Shown piece after piece: positions 17,384 through 25,964 of a stretch of DNA of 40,015 bases; the stretch's first letter is position 1, and the number at the start of each line of letters is the position of its first letter. Where the stretch lies: positions 1 to 40,015 of IMG/VR virus record IMGVR_UViG_3300020236_000130. One strand, written 5' to 3'. The stretch comes from a virus (lineage: Duplodnaviria; Caudoviricetes). The notes under the pieces are model-generated. The model was given only the letters and a program-made list of their open reading frames with translations, searched no databases and was not told where the DNA came from. Made by a program: the position numbers and the translations under genes.

Positions 17384-17420
17384 CCCCGTACCACGTAGGG
17401 TACAGGGTAAAAAGAAGGAA

Positions 17421-18803
17421 ATGAAAATTAAAGAAAAGATCGTTAACAGGCTTTTCGGGAACGTCATTGAAGAGAAAGTCAAAGAACGCCTGGCTGCTGC
17501 CTCGATCACTGACGATGATGAGACCGGCTGGAGAAAGCTGACCGGCAATACAACCCGTGACCTTGATCCGATTAAACAGGACCGCATGATAAAGATTGCC
17601 TACTGGCTCTGGGAGAACAACCCCATGGCGCGGTGGCTCATTGAAATTTTAAAAGACTTTATCCTGGCTGAGGGACTTCCGTATGAGACAAAGAATGAAA
17701 AGGTCAAGGAATTGCTCGATGATTTCTGGTATGACCCTCTCAACCGCATGGATCTGTATGCTGAAAAGCACGTCCGGGAGCTTTATCTCTTTGGTGAGCT
17801 CTGCCTGCCGGTATTCACAGCCGAACAGACAGGGAAGCTAAGGCTTGGCTACATAGATCCGGCTGAGATAGACAAGGTCGAGACAGACCCTGAAAACGTA
17901 AAGGCGACTGTCGGGATCATTTTAAAAAGCAAAGCAGGTGAGGAAGCGAGAAAGCTTAAGACCATACTGCCGAAAGATGCGGAAACGATCCTCTCAAAAA
18001 AGGCCCGGCAGATGAGGGAGTCATATACAGACGGCGAATGCTTTTTCTTTACTGTCAATAATGTTACGAACTCGCCCCGGGGCAGGAGCGAGCTGCTTAC
18101 AGTGGCTGACTGGCTGGATGCGCTTGAGCAGTTCATGTTTGATTATGCGGATAAATGGCCGCTGCTGAACACGTTTATGTGGGACCTTATGGTTGATGGA
18201 GCGGGTGATAAGGAACTCAAGGAACAGCTGCGGGCATTCACAAAAAAGTCAGGCTCGGTCTTTGCCCACAATGAAAAAGTTACGCTTGAGGCAAAAACGC
18301 CGGACCTGAAGGCCGCAGATGCTGAACAGGGCGCAAGGCTCTTCAGGAATCACATCCTCGGCGGGCTGGGCTTCCCTGAGCACTGGTTCGGAGGCGGAGG
18401 GGATGTCAACAGGGCTACGTCTGTAGAGATGGGCACACCGACATTTAAGATGCTTAGCTCAAAGCAGAAGTATGTGAAATACATCTTTGAGACTATTTTT
18501 GAGTATGTCATAACAAAGGCGCTCGAGGCCAATTACCTGAAAGTCAGCGAAGATGAAGCCTATGACTATTCTGTAATTACACCTGAGCTGTGTACAAAAG
18601 ACATCACAAAAAATTCAACATCTGTCCAGCAGATATCCTCAGCCCTGGCCATTGCCGAGGTAAACGGATGGGTTGACAAGGAGACTGCACAGAAAGTCTT
18701 TGCGCTTGCCCTGTCTTTTTTAGGCATGGAGATAGATGTTAAGGATGTAAAAAAGAAGGTTGAAGCTAAAAAAGCAAAAGAAGGATATGAGGATTATGAC
18801 TAA
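17421..18803 (+). CDS. Portal protein
   Basis: 460 aa immediately after TerL; SPRGRSELL motif; AAGGA RBS before ATG 17421. Confidence 0.85.
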   Translation: MKIKEKIVNRLFGNVIEEKVKERLAAASITDDDETGWRKLTGNTTRDLDPIKQDRMIKIAYWLWENNPMARWLIEILKDFILAEGLPYETKNEKVKELLDDFWYDPLNRMDLYAEKHVRELYLFGELCLPVFTAEQTGKLRLGYIDPAEIDKVETDPENVKATVGIILKSKAGEEARKLKTILPKDAETILSKKARQMRESYTDGECFFFTVNNVTNSPRGRSELLTVADWLDALEQFMFDYADKWPLLNTFMWDLMVDGAGDKELKEQLRAFTKKSGSVFAHNEKVTLEAKTPDLKAADAEQGARLFRNHILGGLGFPEHWFGGGGDVNRATSVEMGTPTFKMLSSKQKYVKYIFETIFEYVITKALEANYLKVSEDEAYDYSVITPELCTKDITKNSTSVQQISSALAIAEVNGWVDKETAQKVFALALSFLGMEIDVKDVKKKVEAKKAKEGYEDYD

Positions 18804-18824
18804 AGACCGCAAAAAAGCCGCATG

Positions 18825-18935
18825 TCAAAATGCGCCACAATCGATTTTCAGGCGCAAAGACGTACAAACCATCGGGTTTTCAGCGAAGATGGAAATTGAC
18901 ATGTTTATAAACATGTTAAAACGCGGATTAGGGGC
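18825..18935. other. Candidate strong-gyrase-site-like region near the prophage centre, overlapped by a small ORF (18796-18945)
   Basis: Gap in the head module about 1.1 kb from the midpoint (20002), with periodic AT tracts (TTTATAAACATGTTAAAACG). Confidence 0.4.
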
Positions 18936-18941
18936 TCTAAT

Positions 18942-19748
18942 TTGAAAACAGTAAGCGCTGAAATACTTAAAATCCTGAAAGAAAAGGATAAGGGCATTGT
19001 TTCCGGCACTAAAGCCATCAAAAAAATGCTTGAGGAGCTCCAGCTCCAGGTGTTTGCCGAAATCAGCATGGCGGCAGTTGGTTCGTGGGATGCTTATTAT
19101 CTGCCGACACTTCAGCAAACCATTGAAGCGCAGATAAAAAACTTTACTGCAAAGGCAAAAGTAGAGGCCTCCGGGATGATGGAGGATGCGTGGGTGTACG
19201 GCCAGGCTCTTGTGGATGAGCCCCTGGCAGTTGCAGGTATATTTTTCGGGATGCCGGATCTTTCCACATCAGTGCTCGATACGCTCAAGGATTTCACACT
19301 TGGGAAATTATCGAATGTCGGGGATGCGGCATTTGACAAAATCAAAGGCGAGTTGACTATGGGGCTTTTGGGCGGCAAGACGCCGCAGGAGGTTATAACG
19401 GCGATAGGTAAAAACCTGAGTGACCCCTCAATCTTTAAATCGATTGCCTCCCGGGCAGAGGCAATTACAAAGACTGAGATGGGCAGAGTGTTCTCAGTGG
19501 CAACACAAAGGAGAATGAAGCAGGCGGCAGAATATGTTCCCGGGCTTCAAAAGCAGTGGAAACATGCAGGCCACCCTAAAAAGGCGCGGCCCACTCATCT
19601 TACTGCAGACGGGCAGAAAGTACTGGTGAATGAGAGATTTAACATCGGAGGAGAGATGATGGAACACCCGAGAGATCCGGGTGCGCCGCTCGATGAGGTA
19701 ATAAATTGTGGTTGAGACCATTTTCCATATCACCCCAATTGGGAGTGA
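18942..19748 (+). CDS. MuF/SPP1 gp7-like minor head protein; in-frame TGA (19713-19715) at the conserved second Cys (protein ends at 19715 if not read through)
   Basis: RAEAITKTEMGR, KQW, RPTH...DGQ, HPRDP...INCG(TGA)DHFPYHPNWE*. Confidence 0.85.
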
Positions 19749-19770
19749 AAAATTTTACAAGGAGGTAGAC

Positions 19771-20061
19771 ATGAGTACAAGACCGATTGACGCAAGGTAT
19801 TTGAAGGGGCTGAAATTCCACAGTGCGGAAAGCAAGACTGTGGTGGAAGACGGAAGGAAGGTCAAAAAGTTCATGCCGACTGAGAGGCCGCTTGAGCCTG
19901 AAGACGTTCTTTCCTGGAAGGACAAAGGCGATTCAGTGGTCATTGTGACCGCGGACGGACGGAAGGTCACTGTGAGTAAGTCCGGCAAGCCTGTTGTCCC
20001 CCCGGATGAAAAGACCGGCAAGGATAAAAATGGCGGCAAAGGGAAAGACGGCAAGAAATGA
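19771..20061 (+). CDS. Hypothetical head-module protein
   Basis: AAGGAGG RBS, ATG 19771; ATGA overlap with the capsid gene. Confidence 0.7.
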   Translation: MSTRPIDARYLKGLKFHSAESKTVVEDGRKVKKFMPTERPLEPEDVLSWKDKGDSVVIVTADGRKVTVSKSGKPVVPPDEKTGKDKNGGKGKDGKK

Positions 20062-22349
20062 AGCTCAGCTATGAACAGATAAGGGAGCTGATATACAGGG
20101 CTCTTCCGAATGCCTATATTGTTGAGCTCTATGATGATCACTTCATTGCCGAGGAAGGAGAGAAATATTATCAGGTCAGCTATGCAATAGTGGATGATGA
20201 GCTGACGCTGGGGGACAAAGTCGAGGTAAAGAGAAAGGTCGAATACGTAAAAATACAATCGGCAATCAGACTCTCAGGCGCGCAGGATAAAAAAGCAGAT
20301 GACTATGGGTTTAAATGGAAAGTCCGCATTGTAGAGTTCGGCACTGATAAAAACAAGACCTACTGGACAAAAGAGCCGTTGGTTGCATCTCTTTCACTCT
20401 TTGAAGGAGCAAGGGTCTTTATGCTCTCTGAGGCACAGCACCAGGATAAAAGCCATCCATTCGGCAAGCCGCCGACAGAGCTGATCGGCTGGCTCTCAGG
20501 CGTTACAGCAGATAACAACGGGATTGAGGCTGAGCTTAATATCCTGAAATCAGCAGACTCCTTAAGAGATGCCCTGGTTGATTCATGGGAGAGAGGGAAT
20601 CCTGACCTGCTCGGGCTTTCATTGGATTTAAAAGGGAATGCAAAGAAAAAAACAGTTGCAGGGCAAAAGGTGCTTTATCTTGAGGGAGTGAAAAGTGTCA
20701 CTGTTGACATTGTTTATGACCCCGCAGCGGGCGGGAAATTTTTAAGGATGGCCGCGGCCGTTAAGGCAGGCCAGAAGTCCCCCGTGTTTCCTTATGGAAA
20801 CAAGGAAGGGGGAAAGGAGGCAGAAATGTTGAAAAAACTGTTGGCTGCCTTGAAGGAGCAGAGGTCAGACCTCTATGCGACCATCGAGGCAAAAGTAAAA
20901 GACGGCACAGTCACGGAAGATGAAGTTATAGATCTCCTTGGCAGCGCCATTGTAAAAACAGAGGACCTTGATGGAAGAATCAAGGCAACGGTGCTGGAGG
21001 CAGTTAAGGCGCCGCTTGAAGAGCTTAAGGCTTCGCTTCAGAAAAAGCCCGGGGATAACGGGGACAATGGCGGGCAGCCGGACCCTAAGGAAATCCTTAA
21101 ACAAACCCGTGTCATAGCATGCGGGATTATTCTCATGGACGAGATTAAAGGCTCGGAACTGCCGGAGCTTTCTCAAAAGAAAATTGAAAAGCAGTACCGG
21201 GGCAAGGTCTTTGAAACCGAGGATCTCAGGGCTGCAATCAATGACGAGAAGGAGTACGTTGACAAGCTCACAGGCTCAGGCGGGGTGCACGGCGCAGGTG
21301 ATGTGCGGATAACCGAGACCGACCTTGAGGCGCGGGTGAAGATGCTCGATGACTTCTTCGACCACAAAGTGCACAGCCTTAAAACCTGTTATATCCATCT
21401 CACCGGGGATGACAAGGTGACAGGGGAGCTTAAGGCTGCAAGCAGGCTCAGGGCGTCTATTGATACGACCACCTTTGCACAGATCTTCGGCGATTCCGTC
21501 ACAAGGAAGATGGTCAAGGAGTACGGAATGCCCGGGCTGGATGAATGGAAAAAGATTGTTGATATAGTGCCCCTTGCTGACTTCCGCACAAACAGGCGCA
21601 CAAGAATGGGTGGCTACGGAGACCTGCCGGCTGTTGCCCAGGGCGGGGCTTACGCTGCACTCAGCTCTCCCGGTGATGAGGAAGCCACCTATGCCGCAAG
21701 CAAAAGAGGCGGCACGGAAGATCTCACCCTTGAGGCTATCAAGAACGATGATGTGGGGAGTATAAGAAGGATCCCGACGAAGATGTCAAGGGCTGCAAAG
21801 AGAACGCTCCATAAGTTTGTCTTTGATTTTCTGAAAGACAACCCGACCATCTATGACTCAGTAGCTCTCTTCCATGCTAACCACGGCAACCTCGGCTCTG
21901 CCGCACTTGATGCGGCAAACCTGACTCTAAGGCGTCAGGCAATGCTTGCGCAGACAGAGGGGGATTCGGGCGAGGTGCTCGGCATACCGCCCAAGTTCCT
22001 GATTGTGCCTGTTGAGCTGGATAAAACTGCATATGACCTGGTAGCTGCGCCGAGGAATTCCGACTTTAACCCGACTGCTGCGGACTTTACCCGTACGCTT
22101 CAGCTGGAGTTGATTGTTGTGCCTTACTGGACAGACGCTAATGACTGGTGTCTGGCCGCTAACCCTGCTGACATCCCTACAATTGAGATTGGATTCCTTG
22201 ACGGCCAGCAGGAGCCTTCTCTGTATGTTCAGGATATGCCGAATGCAGGCTCCATGTTCACAAACGATAAGCTCACATACAAAATCAAGCACACCTACGG
22301 CGGCGTGCCGATTGAATACAGAGGGCTGGACAAAAGCGTAGTAGCGTAG
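20058..22349 (+). CDS. Fused prohead protease/scaffold/major capsid protein (Mu gpI-Z-T-like)
   Basis: N-terminal protease-like region (GLSLD, VDIVYDPAAGG); C-terminal capsid region (LTLEAIKNDD, LFHANHGN, PKFLIVP, IEIGFLDGQQEP); strong internal RBS before ATG 20826. Confidence 0.88.
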   Translation: MKLSYEQIRELIYRALPNAYIVELYDDHFIAEEGEKYYQVSYAIVDDELTLGDKVEVKRKVEYVKIQSAIRLSGAQDKKADDYGFKWKVRIVEFGTDKNKTYWTKEPLVASLSLFEGARVFMLSEAQHQDKSHPFGKPPTELIGWLSGVTADNNGIEAELNILKSADSLRDALVDSWERGNPDLLGLSLDLKGNAKKKTVAGQKVLYLEGVKSVTVDIVYDPAAGGKFLRMAAAVKAGQKSPVFPYGNKEGGKEAEMLKKLLAALKEQRSDLYATIEAKVKDGTVTEDEVIDLLGSAIVKTEDLDGRIKATVLEAVKAPLEELKASLQKKPGDNGDNGGQPDPKEILKQTRVIACGIILMDEIKGSELPELSQKKIEKQYRGKVFETEDLRAAINDEKEYVDKLTGSGGVHGAGDVRITETDLEARVKMLDDFFDHKVHSLKTCYIHLTGDDKVTGELKAASRLRASIDTTTFAQIFGDSVTRKMVKEYGMPGLDEWKKIVDIVPLADFRTNRRTRMGGYGDLPAVAQGGAYAALSSPGDEEATYAASKRGGTEDLTLEAIKNDDVGSIRRIPTKMSRAAKRTLHKFVFDFLKDNPTIYDSVALFHANHGNLGSAALDAANLTLRRQAMLAQTEGDSGEVLGIPPKFLIVPVELDKTAYDLVAAPRNSDFNPTAADFTRTLQLELIVVPYWTDANDWCLAANPADIPTIEIGFLDGQQEPSLYVQDMPNAGSMFTNDKLTYKIKHTYGGVPIEYRGLDKSVVA
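20778..20812. repeat. 35-bp double-hairpin element inserted in frame in the capsid polyprotein linker
   Basis: Encodes SPVFPYGNKEGG; flanked by GAAG/AAAG. Confidence 0.9.
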
Positions 22350-22363
22350 CGAAAAGATAAACC

Positions 22364-22456
22364 GCCCCCCCCTTCTTGCTTTCGCAAGAAAGCAGCGGGG
22401 GCTACAAACTATAGAGAAGTCCCCCTACTTTGTTTTCACAAAGGAAACAGGGGGAC
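22364..22456. repeat. Two double-hairpin elements after the capsid gene
   Basis: 22364-22402 (CTTGC-TTTC-GCAAG) and 22419-22456 (CTTTGT-TTTC-ACAAAG). Confidence 0.85.
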
Positions 22457-22467
22457 AAGGAGGACAC

Positions 22468-22941
22468 ATGAGAATCAGAATCAAAAGTCTTTTGCTGGCA
22501 GTGATTATGCTCTTTATATTCATGATCATGCCAATGATAACTATGCCCGGGCCGGCGCATGCGGCTGTGACCAACTACCCTGAGGTAGTCACGGGCATAC
22601 AGGCTTTGCCGTTTCATTTCTCAAGAGTCATAACGGCAACAGCAACTCCCATAACATTCAAGTTGCCGTTTAAGGCAGAGGTCCTTGGAGTTTCAGCGCA
22701 TGCAAAGGTCCTGGATACGGTAGACGGAAATGAAACCTATACTGTTGATGTGCAGGAAGGCGGGACTACGATATTGAGTTCTGCAATTTCCCTTGCCGCA
22801 CAGGATACGGTGTATGAAGGCACATTGTCAGATACTTCACTGGCTGATGAGTCGACTATTACTGTTGTATTGACGCTTGGCGGGACGACTCCGAGTCTTA
22901 CGGATTTGACCGTGTTGTTGACCTTGAGACGAACTAATTAA
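22468..22941 (+). CDS. Beta-rich protein in the capsid-decoration position, with a Sec-type signal peptide
   Basis: MRIRIKSLLLAVIMLFIFMIMPMITMPGPAHA|A; AGGAGG RBS; Thr/Val-rich beta strands. Confidence 0.7.
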   Translation: MRIRIKSLLLAVIMLFIFMIMPMITMPGPAHAAVTNYPEVVTGIQALPFHFSRVITATATPITFKLPFKAEVLGVSAHAKVLDTVDGNETYTVDVQEGGTTILSSAISLAAQDTVYEGTLSDTSLADESTITVVLTLGGTTPSLTDLTVLLTLRRTN

Positions 22942-22981
22942 TCAAACAGGAAGGATTCCAGACAAGCCGGAATGACAACAA

Positions 22982-23060
22982 GCGAAACCCCCGCTGCTTT
23001 CTTACGAAAGCAAGATGCGGGGGTAATGCAGGCGCGGCGGCCTGCATCTGATGAGCAGCC
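22982..23060 (+). ncRNA. Type II hammerhead ribozyme with loop I/3'-tail pseudoknot; predicted cleavage after GUA (23025/23026)
   Basis: GC-GAAA (22982-87); stem III CCCCCGC/GCGGGGG closed by A-U; UA (23024-25); stem I ATGCAGGC/GCCTGCAT with loop GCGGCG; CTGATGA (23048-54); GC (23055-56) closes a 2-bp stem II; GCC (23058-60) can pair with loop GGC. Confidence 0.88.
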
Positions 23061-23079
23061 AGGAGGGAAAGGATTAGTT

Positions 23080-23358
23080 ATGGCATTTAGAAAAATAAAT
23101 ACTGATGAGTTTGAGGAGGAATCAAGACCGAAAATCAGGCGTGTCAAGCTGTCTGATTTAAAAACGAAGCTCCGAGATAATAAGCGGGAAATTTCCAACA
23201 TTAATAAACGAATAAATTATTTTAAGGGGATTTTACTGCCTTCAACTTATCCTTATGATGTAAGAAATTTTTTGAATACTTTAAGAGACGAAAGAGAAAT
23301 GTATACCGATGGTATTAAAGAATCAGAAGCTCTTATTACTAAATTGGAGAAGATGTAA
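23080..23358 (+). CDS. Coiled-coil hypothetical protein
   Basis: AAAGGA before ATG 23080; the upstream extension in the ORF track is the ribozyme/repeat. Confidence 0.65.
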   Translation: MAFRKINTDEFEEESRPKIRRVKLSDLKTKLRDNKREISNINKRINYFKGILLPSTYPYDVRNFLNTLRDEREMYTDGIKESEALITKLEKM

Positions 23359-24846
23359 GTGGCTATAGTCTGGGACAATACAAGTAAGATATTTACCGCA
23401 ACTGCTGACGTTGGCGCCGGCGATAGCTGGGCCAACGCTTTTAACGAGGACGACTTTTTTAATGTAGGAGGGCAGGCAGGCGTTACTAAAGATGTAAGTA
23501 TGCCTGCGCTGAATATTTACAAGTGGGTAGGAAGGATAGAGATTGCGGACGCAACTTATGTCTTATGGAAAAATACTGTTCATGTCATAGAAGTTACATT
23601 TGAGATGAACAATGAAAGTTTTTTTACAGGGTTAGGGCCGTTATCTTATCTCGCCTGGGGCGAAAAGATAAACGGAAACCCTCAAAATGGTATATCAATT
23701 TCCGTGGATGACACAAATTATTACATTAAATACATGGTTGATATGCCTATAGACTCTTTGAGCGTAACAAATCTTTATAGCAGTTCTTTAAAAACTGTAC
23801 TGAGAAATACTAACAAAACCACAAAGGCGGGGCTTAGTTTATTGAATCTTGAAGGAGAGATTTTAGATATTAAAATCGAGGGATTCCGTTACGGATACTA
23901 TATTTCAAGTAGTGCAGTAAATAATTTAATTATCGACCATGTGCAGGTTATTGATAGCGGGGCTTTAGCGATTGGGGCATTCCATCTCATGGCAGAGATG
24001 TCCACTCCTGTGAAAAAAATATTCATAACTAATTGTAGGAGAGGGCTTCAAGGTCATGGAGCAAAAACTCCTAACATAGACTTCTGGAATGTCGAAGGCT
24101 ATAACTCCAGCATTGAATCAGTAGGGACTAAGTATAATTATGAGATTACTGTAAGGGTGATAAATAGTGTTATTGACTGGTCGAAAATATTTATATATGA
24201 CTACCCTATGCACGCAATAGAGGAGTGCTACTCACTGAAAATTCACAGCGATGCAAATGCAAAGGTGTACTTTAAAGATGCGAGTGAATTGAATGCCCAT
24301 CAGGGGTATTCTGGCAGTAAGCTCGATGGTGATATAGACAATGCCCAGACGTTAATTAATGTTGACAGTGGAACTGACTTCGCTGTTGGCGGAGTTATAA
24401 AAATTAACATGGAACATATGCTTGTTGGCAGTATTAATGCAAATCAGCTGACTGTTACACGGGGGTACAACGCGACAGTAGCAGCAAACCACGCTGATAA
24501 TATGTGGATCTGGAAGGTGCCTGATTACGTCACTCTGGACGGTAACGGAAATTTGTCTGTCCAGCAGCCGGAGGGAGTTAAGGATTATCTGGTTTTTCCA
24601 AAAAGGCGGTGGGATAAAATCGCTTTAGACCTTACGACTTTTAATAATCATAAGATAAAAATTGAAAAGGCCGGGATCCAGACGTATGAAGATACGATCA
24701 CGGAATATCCGGCTGAGGGAATCGTGTTGGAGATTGCTCTGCAGACAAGGCTGTATGCGGCTACTGCGCTGAAGACGACTATCCCGCAACAGGGTTTAAA
24801 GACAACTGTAGCAGGCAGGGCATTGCAATATAGGATGGGGACATAA
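23359..24846 (+). CDS. Putative virion appendage protein with beta-helix-like region
   Basis: Ile/Asn-rich short strand repeats; LTVTRGYNATVAANH module typical of phage fibre/tail proteins; AT-rich. Confidence 0.55.
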   Translation: MAIVWDNTSKIFTATADVGAGDSWANAFNEDDFFNVGGQAGVTKDVSMPALNIYKWVGRIEIADATYVLWKNTVHVIEVTFEMNNESFFTGLGPLSYLAWGEKINGNPQNGISISVDDTNYYIKYMVDMPIDSLSVTNLYSSSLKTVLRNTNKTTKAGLSLLNLEGEILDIKIEGFRYGYYISSSAVNNLIIDHVQVIDSGALAIGAFHLMAEMSTPVKKIFITNCRRGLQGHGAKTPNIDFWNVEGYNSSIESVGTKYNYEITVRVINSVIDWSKIFIYDYPMHAIEECYSLKIHSDANAKVYFKDASELNAHQGYSGSKLDGDIDNAQTLINVDSGTDFAVGGVIKINMEHMLVGSINANQLTVTRGYNATVAANHADNMWIWKVPDYVTLDGNGNLSVQQPEGVKDYLVFPKRRWDKIALDLTTFNNHKIKIEKAGIQTYEDTITEYPAEGIVLEIALQTRLYAATALKTTIPQQGLKTTVAGRALQYRMGT

Positions 24847-24850
24847 GCGC

Positions 24851-25219
24851 ATGAACGGGGTTATGAAATTTGAAACCATAAAGGGAGATACTCTCCCGGC
24901 CCTGCAGGTAAACGTTGGAGAGAGCAATGACGGGAAAAAGGAAAACGGCTTTGTTACTGATCCGACAGGAGCCATAGTCAAATTCTCAATGTGGAAGATA
25001 GAGGATGAGACCATAAAGGTTAATGCTGCAGCCGGCAGTGTCCAGAACGTAGCGCTAAACAGTGACGGGACATATTATGCGGAGCTGGTCTATGCCTGGG
25101 TTGCGGCAGATGTTGATACAAAAGGACAATACCCGGGTAGGTTTACGCTGACTATCGGGGCAGATACAATCTCCATCCCCAAGAAAAAGGGAGAGTTGTT
25201 AGTAATCATAGACGATTGA
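24851..25219 (+). CDS. BppU N-terminal-like (Ig-like adaptor) protein
   Basis: IKGDTLPALQV...TGAIVKFSM...LVYAWVAADVDTKGQY pattern. Confidence 0.6.
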   Translation: MNGVMKFETIKGDTLPALQVNVGESNDGKKENGFVTDPTGAIVKFSMWKIEDETIKVNAAAGSVQNVALNSDGTYYAELVYAWVAADVDTKGQYPGRFTLTIGADTISIPKKKGELLVIIDD

Positions 25220-25277
25220 ATCGGGAGAATGACAGAAAAAGAAAGAATGATTCCGAACAAGTCGGAATGACAGAAAA

Positions 25278-25964
25278 ATGAGTGTATTAGCTGACATAAG
25301 ACAAAAAGTTATTTCCATTGTAAGGGACGACGCAACGAAGCTCGATAACCCTCATGATTACGACCGCATCATCAGCGCTGCAGTCAACAGATATTCCAAA
25401 CACCGCCCTGGTACCGCAGTTGCAGACATCACAGGGGACGGCGGTAATGATTATGCCCTGCCCTCTGCCTGGGTAGATGAATTCTCAGCGATTAAAAGTA
25501 TTGAATTCCCAATCGGAGACGTGCCGGCAACATTGCTGGATGATGATGCATACACAATCTATCAGGATACCTCGGCCAGGAAAATACGGCTTATCCATGA
25601 TTCACCATCAGCCTCTGAGTCTTTCAGGGTGACGTTTTCAATTCCAAGGACAGAAACAACGGTCCCGGCTAACGAAGTGGATGCCGTGTGCAGCCTTGCG
25701 GCCTCGTTCTGTCTGGAAGAGCTTGCAAATGTTTATGCTCAGACATCAGACGCTACTATTGGCGCAGACTCTGTGAACTATAGAACCAAATCCCAGGAAT
25801 TTGCATCAAGGGCAAAGTCGCTGCGGAATCTCTACAAGAGTCACCTGGGGATAAAAGCAGATGATACTGTGATGCCGGCAAGCGCAGCAACAGATCTGGA
25901 TGTGGGATATCCGGGCGGCAGTGACAGGCTTACTCATCCAAGGAAACTGAGGGAAAAGCGGTAA
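25278..25964 (+). CDS. Head-tail connector/adaptor protein
   Basis: Synteny; helical N- and C-termini (AVNRYS, LAASFCLEELA). Confidence 0.6.
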   Translation: MSVLADIRQKVISIVRDDATKLDNPHDYDRIISAAVNRYSKHRPGTAVADITGDGGNDYALPSAWVDEFSAIKSIEFPIGDVPATLLDDDAYTIYQDTSARKIRLIHDSPSASESFRVTFSIPRTETTVPANEVDAVCSLAASFCLEELANVYAQTSDATIGADSVNYRTKSQEFASRAKSLRNLYKSHLGIKADDTVMPASAATDLDVGYPGGSDRLTHPRKLREKR

